The position numbers were made by a program, and so were the translations under genes. This document shows, piece after piece, positions 25,954 to 35,101 of a stretch of 64,000 nucleotides of DNA; position 1 is the stretch's first letter; every line of letters starts with the position of its first letter. The stretch is from Candidatus Wallbacteria bacterium. Its GTDB lineage: Bacteria > Muiribacteriota > UBA6191 > JACPRK01. The notes beneath the pieces were generated by a model. That model had not been told where the DNA came from and searched no databases. It saw only the letters and a program-made list of their open reading frames with translations. The stretch lies in NCBI GenBank assembly GCA_016190005.1, contig JACPRK010000170.1, positions 1,877-65,876 on the forward strand, written 5' to 3'.

Positions 25954-27536
25954 CAGTACCCCCTCTGACGGAAAACGGCGCGCTCGGCGTCGGTCAGGTG
26001 GGAGCTGGTGCCTCGTGGCTCGGCCCGATGACGTTCCACCCAGTCGCGCAGCATGCTCGCAAGACGTTCGGCCTGCTTGGTCTCGCGAGTGCTGACGTCG
26101 GTCTGCTCGAGCGGATCGGCGGCAAGGTCGTAGAGCTCGCGCGCGCCCGACGGGCGCAGGAGGAGATGCCACCGGCGCGAGCGCGCCGAGAGCTGGTCCG
26201 AGAGCGCGCTGAAGGCGACACGGTCAGGCTCGGAGGGGGGAAGCCCGCCCGGGGTCAGGTACGGGGCCAGCGAGCGGCCCACGTGCCCGTGGTCGGGCGG
26301 GAACCCGGCAAGCGCCAGGAGCGTAGGCGCCAGCCCGAACGTCTCGACGACGTCGGTGACCCGCCGACCTCGGGCCACACCGGGCCCCGCGATGACGAGC
26401 GGAACGTGGATCTGGCGGTCGTAGAGGCTCCAGCGGTGGCCGAAGTAGCCGTGCTCGCCCAGCTCCTCGCCGTGGTCACCTGCGACGACGATCACGGTCC
26501 GGTCATCGAGACCCAGACGCGCCATCGACTCCAGGAAGAGCCCGAGCCAGGTGTCGGCGTAGGTGACGGCCCCGTCGTAGTGCGCAACCACGTGGGCAAC
26601 GTCGGCCGCCCCCAGCCTCACCTCGCGCACGGACCGCGCGGCGCCGGAGGTCACGCGCCCGGCCGGCGAGGACGGCCCGACCCAGCGGAAGACATTGCCG
26701 GCCACGGTTCTCAGCACCTCGCTGTCGAGGACGTTCAGATCGTGAACGGGGCCGGCGTAGCCCCGGTCGTACATCTCGGCGAACCCCATCGGAGGCTTGT
26801 AGGGCAGGTGCGCGTCATAGCCCTGGACCATCAGGAAGAAGGGCTCCGGGTCGCGGTCGCGCAGCCACTGGATCGCCGCCGGAACCGTGTGGAAGAGGGA
26901 GCCGTAATGGGGCGCATCCCGATAAGTCTGGAAACCCTGGGCCATGCCGAACAATCGGCTCAAGTGGCCGCCGCCGACGAAGCCCGCTGTGCGGTATCCG
27001 AGCCTGCCGAAGATCTCCGGGAGAGTCGTGAACGAGTCGTCCAGCTTCTGACACCGCTCGTCGACGGCGTGCGCCGGCGGCGGCAGCGAAGTGAAGATCG
27101 AGGAGTAGGTCGGCAGGCTCCAGGAGCTCGGCGCAATCGCAGCCTCGAAGAGCGTGCCGCGTGCGGCCAGGGAATCGAGCGAGGGCGTGGTGGCGCGAGG
27201 GTACCCGTAGCAGTGGACCTGCGCGGCACGAAGCGTGTCGATGAAGAACAGGACGACGTTGGGGGGATGAAAGTCGGGGGGACTGGACCTGAGCCCAGGC
27301 GGGGGCCTTGCCCCCGAACCCCCACCAGGAGACCGCAGGCCCCCTGGACCCCCGTTGGCTTGCGGCTCTGGGGGTAAGTGAAAGTTTGGAGAGCTCGGCG
27401 GGTTCGAGGACTCCTTCGATTCCCCCATGGCTGCCTTTGGCGCACCGGCAGCCGGTCCGGACCCGGAGCAGAACAGGCTTAGCAATAGAGCAGGCCCTAA
27501 CCCGGCTGAAGCCGCCATGTTCCGTCCACAAACCAT
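25950..27536 (-). CDS. Sulfatase-family (alkaline phosphatase superfamily) protein lacking the CxPxR motif, copy 1
   Basis: NVVLFFIDTLRA...TTPSLDSLAARGTLFE...SSWSLPTYSSIFTSL...GDHGEELGEHGYFGH. Signal peptide, then an extra linker encoded by repeat A copy 3. Alternative start at 27518. Confidence 0.8.
   Translation of the reverse strand: MVCGRNMAASAGLGPALLLSLFCSGSGPAAGAPKAAMGESKESSNPPSSPNFHLPPEPQANGGPGGLRSPGGGSGARPPPGLRSSPPDFHPPNVVLFFIDTLRAAQVHCYGYPRATTPSLDSLAARGTLFEAAIAPSSWSLPTYSSIFTSLPPPAHAVDERCQKLDDSFTTLPEIFGRLGYRTAGFVGGGHLSRLFGMAQGFQTYRDAPHYGSLFHTVPAAIQWLRDRDPEPFFLMVQGYDAHLPYKPPMGFAEMYDRGYAGPVHDLNVLDSEVLRTVAGNVFRWVGPSSPAGRVTSGAARSVREVRLGAADVAHVVAHYDGAVTYADTWLGLFLESMARLGLDDRTVIVVAGDHGEELGEHGYFGHRWSLYDRQIHVPLVIAGPGVARGRRVTDVVETFGLAPTLLALAGFPPDHGHVGRSLAPYLTPGGLPPSEPDRVAFSALSDQLSARSRRWHLLLRPSGARELYDLAADPLEQTDVSTRETKQAERLASMLRDWVERHRAEPRGTSSHLTDAERAVFRQRGYW
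27310..27374 (+). repeat. REP/MITE-like element, family A, copy 3 (inside the coding region of 25950..27536)
   Basis: GCCCCCGAACCCCCACCAGGAGACCGCAGGCCCCCTGGACCCCCGTTGGCTTGCGGCTCTGGGGG. Translated in the gene frame as PPEPQANGGPGGLRSPGGGSGA. Confidence 0.8.
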
Positions 27537-27793
27537 CTCCTCGGAGACTGGCGGTTCGCAGTGACGGGCGCGTGACAAGAGGGCTACGCCTGTCCGAAGT
27601 TCACGTGTCAGTTGTGACCGTGGGGTAGGACAAACATCCCCAGGCAAGCCGCGCCTGCGGCGCGCCCCAGACCCGTTGCGCACACGCACTTCCTGAACCT
27701 CAGTGTTGAAGAGCTGTTTCGGTAGAAGCAGCTGCGGACCCGCTACCGCCGGCCTTCACCGCAAGGCCGCGGCCAACTCGCCGGCGGCATGAG

Positions 27794-29989
27794 CTACCGC
27801 GTCGGACGAGTGGTAGCCGAAGTCACTGGCACTGACTCCTCCGCCAGTCGCGCCCGCAGCTCCCTTAGCCCCGCCCGCCGCGCTTCGGGGATCTCGCCAC
27901 CGGCCAGCGCCCGGTCCAGCGCCCGCACCCCGCCGGCACCATCGCCGATCTCCTCCAGCATCAGCGCCAGCTGCTCCACGGCTCGCGCATCGCCGGGCTT
28001 GGCCTCGACCCCTCGTCGCTGGTGCGCCGCCGCTCGCTGCTTCTTCCCCAGGCTCGAAAGCACCCCCGCCATGAGGAACTGCGCAGCAGCATCGCCCCCC
28101 AGCGCGTCGACCTCGACGCCCTGGAGCGCCTCGACGGCGCCCGGCCGGTCACCCGACTCGAGCCGGGCCTGCGCCAGCAACAGCCGGTTCGCCGCCGCTC
28201 CCTGCCCCCCTCCAATCGCCCGCTCGAGCCAGACGGCGGCCTCACGCATCCGATTGCGCGCCAGAAGCGCCCGCCCGACCTCGAGCACCGCAGCTGCCGA
28301 AAGCCGCTCGGCCTCGAGCCGCCCGAGCGCCGCAGATCCGTCCGCGTCTCGCCCCAGGTCCAAGAGCAGGCCAACCTCCAGTGCCGCGGTCTGCTCGACT
28401 CCGGCGTTCAACCGCCGCGCCTCCCGCACATGCTCGAGTGCCTCTGCGCGCCTCCCGGCCCTGGCCAGCGTCCGTGCCAGCGCCAGCCGCAGCGTCCCTA
28501 GCGTTCCCCGCGCAGCAGTCGCGCCCAAGCGCTCGAGCGCCTGGCGGGCGGCTCCGGCAGCCTTCGCGTCCTGACCGCTCTCTTCGAGCCGCCGGACCTT
28601 TTCAGTCCAAATTGACGCCTCCCCGGGATGGCGGACCAGCGCGCGATCGAGCAGCCCCAGGACGGCCCCGGGCGGGCTTCCTGTCTCGTCCATCAGCGCC
28701 GCCAGGTCCAGGTAACGCACCGCACCCGCCCGCGCGTCCTCACGCAGCATCCGCTCGAGCCCGGCCACATCCCCGGCCGCCTGCGCGCGCTCGTACGGAC
28801 TCGCCAGCCCCTTCCCGCCCGGCATCCGTTCCAGATCCTGGAGCTGCCACGCAGCCTCGGCCCGCCGGCCGCACCTGAGCAGCATCCGCGCCACATCCAG
28901 CCGCTCCCGCGCCGTCCTCGATCGCGCCACTACAAGGGCCAACGCCTGGCTGGCCGCGGCCGTCCGCCCCGCGCTCGTCAGCGCCTCGACCTGGTCCAGC
29001 ATCGTCATCCGCCGCTCCGACGGCGCCCCTTCCCCACTCCTGGCCAGCGCCTTCGCAAACCACTCCGAGGCCTCCGCGGCCCGCCCCTGCCGCCTCGTGA
29101 TCCGGCCGCGCGCGTCGAGCGACCAGTAGCTCACACCGCTCTGACGCTCCTCCCGGTCCAGCTCCACCAGAGGCTCGCCCGTCCCGCCCACCGCCATGGT
29201 CCAGGCCCGCCGCGCGGCCAACCTGGGCCGCCCACCTAGGAACTTCTCACAGCGCGCCAGGAGCTCGAGCGACTTCGCGGGCGCGGACGCCTCGTGCGTG
29301 AAGTACTGCGTCAGCCTCATCACTTCGCCCTCGGCGTGCCCCAGCTCTGCCTCGCGACGGTTGCCGCGGCCGTGAACCGCCAGCCGCAGATCCAAGAGCG
29401 CAAGCCCCCGCTCGAGCGCCCGCTCGCTCGCCGCTCCGGTGCCCAGGGCATGCTCGACGGTGGCCAACCTCAGCCATGCCATCTGGCTGTTCGGCGCAAG
29501 CTCCGTCGCCCGGCTCAGCGCCCGCCGGGCCTCCTCGCGCCGACCCTGCTGTCCCAGCACCTCTCCCAACGACGTCCACACGCCGGCCCACTCCGGGTAC
29601 AGCTCGATCGCCTTTCGATACCGTGCCTCGGCGCCGGCCAGGTCGCCTGCTTCGGCCAGCGCCTTCCCCTCGCTGAGGAAGCGCTTGGCAAGGATGCCCT
29701 GGTTTGGGGGAACCCGCGAGTTGACCACTTCGAACGAGCGCGCGAATTCGGCCAGTCCTATCGCGCCATCGCCGTCGAAGTCGATCGGCTCGTCGGCCTT
29801 CTCCCGGACGAGAGGCTCCCATTCGGCCCGCGAAATTTTTCCGTCCTCATCAAGGTCGAAGCGCTCGAACGCGCTCCGGACCGCCGCCGGTGGATTCGAA
29901 GGGTCGAAAATGCTCGGCCGCCCGGCAGCATCGACCCGGAGGGCGTAGACGCCCAGGAGCAGGACCGCAGCCATCGCGCGCGCTTTCAC
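27794..29989 (-). CDS. Secreted EF-hand (x2) + TPR repeat protein (module copy 2)
   Basis: EF-hand loops DLDEDGKISRAE and DFDGDGAIGLAE, followed by a long TPR-like region. The start overlaps the stop of the upstream sulfatase-like gene by 4 nt. Confidence 0.75.
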   Translation of the reverse strand: MKARAMAAVLLLGVYALRVDAAGRPSIFDPSNPPAAVRSAFERFDLDEDGKISRAEWEPLVREKADEPIDFDGDGAIGLAEFARSFEVVNSRVPPNQGILAKRFLSEGKALAEAGDLAGAEARYRKAIELYPEWAGVWTSLGEVLGQQGRREEARRALSRATELAPNSQMAWLRLATVEHALGTGAASERALERGLALLDLRLAVHGRGNRREAELGHAEGEVMRLTQYFTHEASAPAKSLELLARCEKFLGGRPRLAARRAWTMAVGGTGEPLVELDREERQSGVSYWSLDARGRITRRQGRAAEASEWFAKALARSGEGAPSERRMTMLDQVEALTSAGRTAAASQALALVVARSRTARERLDVARMLLRCGRRAEAAWQLQDLERMPGGKGLASPYERAQAAGDVAGLERMLREDARAGAVRYLDLAALMDETGSPPGAVLGLLDRALVRHPGEASIWTEKVRRLEESGQDAKAAGAARQALERLGATAARGTLGTLRLALARTLARAGRRAEALEHVREARRLNAGVEQTAALEVGLLLDLGRDADGSAALGRLEAERLSAAAVLEVGRALLARNRMREAAVWLERAIGGGQGAAANRLLLAQARLESGDRPGAVEALQGVEVDALGGDAAAQFLMAGVLSSLGKKQRAAAHQRRGVEAKPGDARAVEQLALMLEEIGDGAGGVRALDRALAGGEIPEARRAGLRELRARLAEESVPVTSATTRPTR

Positions 29990-31446
29990 CAGTAACCGGA
30001 CCTCCGGAACATCTCCCGATCGGGCTCGGACAGCGGCGCCGCGAGCGCCGCAGGCTCGCGCCGGCAGCGCTCGTACCAGTCGAGAAGCCGACTTTCGAGC
30101 TGCTCCTTCACGCGCGGTTGCTCCTTCGCGACATTGCGCTGCTCGGTCGGGTCAGCCTGCAGATCGTAGAGCTCCTCGCGTCCGTCGGCGTACCGCACGA
30201 GGTGCCAACGCGCTGTCCGCGCTGACATCGCGTTGGCCAGCGCACTGAACGCCGTCCGCTCGGGCAGCTCGGGCGGCGCGGCACCCGGCCGCAGGAACGC
30301 CGCGAGCGACACCCCCTGGTGCCCCTGGTGGCGCGGAATGCCGGCCAGCTCGAGCAGCGTCGGCGCCAGATCGACCAGCTCCACGATCGAGCGCACGCGA
30401 CGCCCCGCGGAAACCCCGGGACCGGCCACCACCAGCGGCACGTGGAGCTGGGAGTCGTAGAGGTCCCACCGGTGCTGAAAGACACCCTTCTCGCCCAGCG
30501 CCTCGCCGTGATCGCCCGCCACCACCACCAGCGTCGCCTCGAGAAGCCCCCGCTTCTGGAGCGCGGCCAGGAAGACTCCGAGCCAGAGATCCGCGTACGT
30601 CAACGCGCCGTCATAGTGCGCGACGATGTGCGCCCGGTCCCTCGCCGAAAGGGGAGCAGCGGCTGCGCGCGCATCGAGCGGCACCGAGTCGTCCTCGTTC
30701 ACGTCCATCTCCGCAACCGGCGGCTCGCCAGGAGCCGTCCGGGCAGCGTAGTGATAGACGTTGCCCGAGATGCGCTTGGCATTCTCGAACCTCAAGATGT
30801 CCAGGTCGTGGACGATTCCTCGGTACCCGGGATCGTAGAGCTCCGAGAAACCGAGCGGCGCCTGGTACGGCAGGTGGACGTCGTAGCCCTGCACCATCAG
30901 GAAGAAGGGCCGGGTACTGGCGGGGGAGGGCCCCTCCGAGCGCGACTCGAGCCAGGACAGCGCCTTCGGGACCGTATGGAAAAAGCTGCCGTAGTGCGGC
31001 TTGTCCTCGTACTTGGCGAAGCCGACGTCCATGCCGAAGATGGCGCTCAGGTGGCCGCCGCCGACGAACGCGGCCGTGTCGTAGCCGAACGCCCGAAAGA
31101 TGCCGGCGACGCGCGGCAACGCCGGGTCCAGCATCTGCAACGTCTCGTTGGTGTTGTGTGCCGGCGGATAGAGCGACGTGAAGACGCTGCTGTAGCTGGG
31201 CAGGCTCCAGGAAGACTGCGCGATCGCCTGTTCGAAGAGCGTGCCACGCGCCGCCAGAGCGTCCAGGTTCGGCGTCGTCGGCCGAGGATTCCCGTAGGCG
31301 TGCACGCGGTCGGCCCTCAGCGTATCGATGAAGAAGAGCACGACGTTCGGCCGGTCGGCCGCCAGGACGGCCCCGGCAAAGAGCCAGACCGCGACCGCCG
31401 CAAGGGCCCCGCGACCTGCCCGGCTCGCGCTTGTTATCCTGTGCAC
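29986..31446 (-). CDS. Sulfatase-family protein lacking the CxPxR motif, copy 2
   Basis: Signal peptide, then directly NVVLFFIDTLRAD...SSWSLPSYSSVFTSLYPPAH...GDHGEALGEKGVFQH. A clear paralogue of 25950..27536. Confidence 0.85.
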   Translation of the reverse strand: MHRITSASRAGRGALAAVAVWLFAGAVLAADRPNVVLFFIDTLRADRVHAYGNPRPTTPNLDALAARGTLFEQAIAQSSWSLPSYSSVFTSLYPPAHNTNETLQMLDPALPRVAGIFRAFGYDTAAFVGGGHLSAIFGMDVGFAKYEDKPHYGSFFHTVPKALSWLESRSEGPSPASTRPFFLMVQGYDVHLPYQAPLGFSELYDPGYRGIVHDLDILRFENAKRISGNVYHYAARTAPGEPPVAEMDVNEDDSVPLDARAAAAPLSARDRAHIVAHYDGALTYADLWLGVFLAALQKRGLLEATLVVVAGDHGEALGEKGVFQHRWDLYDSQLHVPLVVAGPGVSAGRRVRSIVELVDLAPTLLELAGIPRHQGHQGVSLAAFLRPGAAPPELPERTAFSALANAMSARTARWHLVRYADGREELYDLQADPTEQRNVAKEQPRVKEQLESRLLDWYERCRREPAALAAPLSEPDREMFRRSGYW

Positions 31447-31502
31447 GCTCTCCCTACCGGCCGGCGCCGCCGGGCGCCGGCCCCGACGCTCTTCGAGTTG
31501 GA

Positions 31503-32891
31503 ATGATGATGCAGCTTAGCCGATTCGCCGCGATGCTCGCCGCGGCCCTGGCGCTCACGGCTGGCCACGCCGCCGACGCCGCCAGCCCCTGGTCCCACCC
31601 GAACGCCAACGTGCTGCTCGTCGGCTTCGACGCCGTCCGGATGCGCAGCATGTCGCTCTACGGCCACTCCAGGCCCACCACCCCGCGCCTGGAGGCGTTC
31701 GCCCGCCGCGCCATCGTCTTTCACCAGGCCATCAGCCCCGCCGCCTGGACCCTTCCGGCGACGATGTCGGTCTTCACCGGCCTGTGGCCCTCCCTCCACG
31801 GCGTCATCAACAAGAACCTGCTGCTCGGAAACAAGATGGTCCCCTCGCGGCTCAACCCCGCCATCGAAACCTTCCCTCAGGTCCTGGCCCGCCACGGCTA
31901 CACCCTGGGCGCCTTCACCGGAGACGCCGGAGTCAAAGCCTCTTTCGGGTACGGTGCTGGCTTCGACACCTACCTGGACGACCTCCGCTTCGGCGGCTTC
32001 GACCACAGCATGCCGCCCGCCCTCGACTGGCTCGAGAAGCACAAATCGCGCAAGTTCTTCGTCTTCCTCCACGGCTACGACGCTCACGGCCAGTACGATC
32101 CTCCCGCGGGCTACAGCCGCCGGTACGCTCCCGGCTACAAGGGCCCGATGAAGGGCGGCAAGCAAGAGCAAGGGAGACTGAGAGAGGCCGGGCTCGACGT
32201 CCGCAGGCTCGGAGCCGTGACCGACCGGCCCAGCCTTCCCGACGTGAAGCCAGCAGACTTCGCCTTCCACGAAGCCCTCTACGACGAAAAGATCGAGGAC
32301 GCCGACAAGCGCTTCGGCGACTTCCTCGACCGCTTCGAGAAGATGGGGCTGCTCGAGAAGACCATCGTCGTCGTCTTCGCCGACCACGGCGAGGAGTTCG
32401 GCGAGCACGGCTACATCGACCACGGCCCCACGCTCTACGACGAGATGGTCCGCGTCCCGTTCCTCATCCGCTTCCCGGGCCAGAAGACGCGCCTGGACGT
32501 CCGAGACCAGGTCCGCACCCTCGACGCTTTCCCGACCGTCCTGGACGCCCTCGGCATCCGCACCGAGAAGATCGCCAACGGCGTCTCCCTGCTCCCGGCC
32601 ATTCGCGGCGAGAAGCTGGACCTGCCGGCCTTCTCCGAGACCGACTACCGCCACATCACCCACAAGCGCTCCATCCGCACCCCCCGCCACAAGCTCATCG
32701 TCACCCTCGAAACCGGCGCCCGGGAGCTCTACGACCTGGAAAAGGACCCGCTCGAGAAGACCAACATCGCCGAATCCGCCGGCCCCGTCGCCTACGAGCT
32801 CGAACAGCGCCTCTTCGAGTGGATGAGCAAGACCAACCAGCACCCCGACTCGTTCCGCGATCGGATCGAGCCATTCATCATGGAGTACTGA
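31503..32891 (+). CDS. Sulfatase-family protein lacking the CxPxR motif, copy 3 (divergent)
   Basis: Signal peptide. NVLLVGFDAVRMRS...TTPRLEAFARRAIVF...AAWTLPATMSVFTGLWPSLHGV...ADHGEEFGEHGYIDH. Confidence 0.8.
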   Translation: MMMQLSRFAAMLAAALALTAGHAADAASPWSHPNANVLLVGFDAVRMRSMSLYGHSRPTTPRLEAFARRAIVFHQAISPAAWTLPATMSVFTGLWPSLHGVINKNLLLGNKMVPSRLNPAIETFPQVLARHGYTLGAFTGDAGVKASFGYGAGFDTYLDDLRFGGFDHSMPPALDWLEKHKSRKFFVFLHGYDAHGQYDPPAGYSRRYAPGYKGPMKGGKQEQGRLREAGLDVRRLGAVTDRPSLPDVKPADFAFHEALYDEKIEDADKRFGDFLDRFEKMGLLEKTIVVVFADHGEEFGEHGYIDHGPTLYDEMVRVPFLIRFPGQKTRLDVRDQVRTLDAFPTVLDALGIRTEKIANGVSLLPAIRGEKLDLPAFSETDYRHITHKRSIRTPRHKLIVTLETGARELYDLEKDPLEKTNIAESAGPVAYELEQRLFEWMSKTNQHPDSFRDRIEPFIMEY

Positions 32892-33071
32892 GACGCCAAA
32901 GATCGTCTCCTGGGTCCTGCCGAAGTCTCGAGCCCGGAGGCGGAAAACGGGGACTGGCTCCGGAAGCCCGCTTGAAACCTGGCAGTTGTCCGGTCGGCCG
33001 GCCGGGCTTCCGGTGCTTGTACCCGATTTCCGGCGACTTTGCCGTTGCCCTGAGATCGCCTCGCGCCCCTC

Positions 33072-33100
33072 TTGACCGGACGGCGCGCGAGTTGTATCCT
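33072..33100 (+). promoter_or_regulatory. Sigma70-like promoter candidate for the moxR/bat operon (TTGACC-N17-TATCCT)
   Basis: -35 at 33072..33077 and -10 at 33095..33100, read directly. About 65 nt upstream of the moxR ATG. A 9-bp hairpin GGTGGTAGA...TCTACCACC (33118..33148) lies in the presumed leader. Confidence 0.35.
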
Positions 33101-33165
33101 CGCGGCCGAACAGAAACGGTGGTAGATGGCTGGTTTTCGTCTACCACCGTGACCGAAGACCTGCC

Positions 33166-34152
33166 ATGACCAACATCCAGGAACTCAACACACGAGTCGC
33201 CGAGGCCAGCGCGTTCTCCGACCTGTTGATGGCGGAAGTCGGGAAGGTCATCGTCGGCCAGAAGTACATGATCGAGCGGCTCCTCATCGGGCTGCTCTCC
33301 AACGGCCACGTCCTCATCGAGGGCGTCCCGGGCCTGGCCAAGACCACCGCCGTCAAGACCCTCGCTGATTGCATCAGCACCAAGTTTCGCCGCATCCAGT
33401 TCACCCCGGACCTGCTGCCGGCGGACCTGATCGGCACGATGATCTACAACCCCAAGGACAGCAACTTCGTCACGAAAAAGGGCCCGATCTTCACCAACAT
33501 CCTGCTCGCCGACGAGATCAACCGCGCCCCTGCCAAGGTCCAGAGCGCGCTGCTCGAGGCGATGCAGGAACACCAGGTCACGATCGGCGAGACGACTTTC
33601 CCCCTCGAGGACCCCTTCCTGGTGCTGGCCACCCAGAACCCGATCGAGCAGGAAGGCACCTACCCGCTCCCCGAGGCCCAGGTCGACCGCTTCGTGATGA
33701 AGCTCAGAGTCACCTACCCCAGCCGCCGCGAAGAGGCGGAGATCGTCAATCGCATGACGGAAGGCACTCCTCCACAGGCCTCGCCCGTGACGGACGCCGC
33801 GGCCATCCTCAAGGCGCGCAAGCTGGTCGCCGAGATCTACGTCGACGACAAGGTGAAGAACTACATCCTCGACCTGGTCTTCGCCACGCGCAACCCGGCC
33901 GAGTCCGGCTTGAAGGACCTGGCGCCCCTCATCCAGTACGGCGCCTCGCCGCGCGCCAGCCTCTGCCTCACGCAAGCGGCCCGCGCCCACGCCTTCCTCC
34001 GCCACCGCGGCTACGTCACTCCCGACGACGTCAAGCTCATCGGCCTGGACGTGCTGCGCCACCGCATCCTCGTTACCTACGAGGCCGAGGCCGAGGAGAT
34101 CACCTCCGACGAGGTCGTGCGGCGCCTGTTCGACGGCATCGAAGTCCCTTGA
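33166..34152 (+). CDS. moxR: MoxR-family AAA+ ATPase
   Basis: GHVLIEGVPGLAKT (Walker A), ILLADEINRAPAKVQSALLEAMQE (Walker B / sensor), ATQNPIEQEGTYPLPEAQVDRF. 328 aa. Confidence 0.9.
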   Translation: MTNIQELNTRVAEASAFSDLLMAEVGKVIVGQKYMIERLLIGLLSNGHVLIEGVPGLAKTTAVKTLADCISTKFRRIQFTPDLLPADLIGTMIYNPKDSNFVTKKGPIFTNILLADEINRAPAKVQSALLEAMQEHQVTIGETTFPLEDPFLVLATQNPIEQEGTYPLPEAQVDRFVMKLRVTYPSRREEAEIVNRMTEGTPPQASPVTDAAAILKARKLVAEIYVDDKVKNYILDLVFATRNPAESGLKDLAPLIQYGASPRASLCLTQAARAHAFLRHRGYVTPDDVKLIGLDVLRHRILVTYEAEAEEITSDEVVRRLFDGIEVP

Positions 34153-34180
34153 GCTCGACCACCGGAGGCCGGCGAGGAAG

Positions 34181-35101
34181 ATGGGCGCCATTCCGACCGA
34201 AATACTCCGCAGAGTCCGGCGGATCGAGATCAAGACCCGCAGCCTCGTAGAGAACGTCTTCAGCGGCCAGTACCACTCCGTCTTCAAGGGCCGCGGAATG
34301 GAGTTCGCCGAGGTCCGCGAGTACCAGTACGGCGACGACATCCGCTCCATCGATTGGAACGTCAGCGCCCGCATGGGCGCCCCCTTCGTCAAGCAATTCC
34401 AGGAAGAGCGCGAGCTGACCGTGATGCTCGTCGTCGACGCCAGCGGCAGCGGCGACTTCGGCACCGTGCGCCAGTTCAAGGGCGAGATGGCTGTCGAGAT
34501 CGCCGCGCTGCTCGCCTTCAGCGCCATCAAGAACAACGACCGCGTCGGCCTCCTCATGTTCACCGGCGAGATCGAGAAGTTCGTCCCGCCCAAGAAGGGC
34601 CGCCAGCACGTCCTGCGCGTGCTACGGGAGTTGCTCTACTTCAAGCCGCAAGGCAGGGGCACCAACATCGGCGAGGCGCTTCGTTACCTGGAACGCGTGC
34701 TGGTCCACAAGGCCGTCGTATTCTTGCTCAGTGACTTCATGGCCAGCGGCTACGAGAAGACGATGCGCGTCGCGGCGCGCCGACACGACCTCATCGCGGT
34801 CCCGATCTCCGACCCGCGCGAGGAAGAGATGCCTCCCGTCGGTCTGGTCGAGCTCGAAGACGCCGAGACCGGGGAGCGCCTGCTGGTCGACACCTTCGAC
34901 CCCGGATTCCGCAAGGCCTACCGCGACCTCTCCCACCGCCACCGCCAGGAGCTGCTCACCCGCCTGCGCGGCATGAAGGTCGACTCCATCCCTCTTTCGA
35001 CCGGCCCCGCTGGGGCAGCCGCCACCACCCACCCCTCCGAACCGCCCTACGTGAAGCCTCTCGTCGGCTTCTTCCGCGACCGCGCCCGGAGGTTCCGATG
35101 A
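34181..35101 (+). CDS. DUF58 domain protein (MoxR partner)
   Basis: GQYHSVFKGRGMEFAEVREYQYGDDIRSIDWNVSAR is the DUF58 signature. A VWA-like remainder follows. Confidence 0.85.
   Translation: MGAIPTEILRRVRRIEIKTRSLVENVFSGQYHSVFKGRGMEFAEVREYQYGDDIRSIDWNVSARMGAPFVKQFQEERELTVMLVVDASGSGDFGTVRQFKGEMAVEIAALLAFSAIKNNDRVGLLMFTGEIEKFVPPKKGRQHVLRVLRELLYFKPQGRGTNIGEALRYLERVLVHKAVVFLLSDFMASGYEKTMRVAARRHDLIAVPISDPREEEMPPVGLVELEDAETGERLLVDTFDPGFRKAYRDLSHRHRQELLTRLRGMKVDSIPLSTGPAGAAATTHPSEPPYVKPLVGFFRDRARRFR

Noticed and set aside
7321-32891. A single coherent 'sulfur' system linking sat-cysC, the FGE-like protein and the sulfatase-like genes
   Set aside because: The genes are on different strands and in separate transcription units. 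No sulfotransferase or PAPS reductase is present, and the FGE-like and sulfatase-like proteins lack the residues needed for canonical sulfatase chemistry. The thematic clustering may be coincidental.
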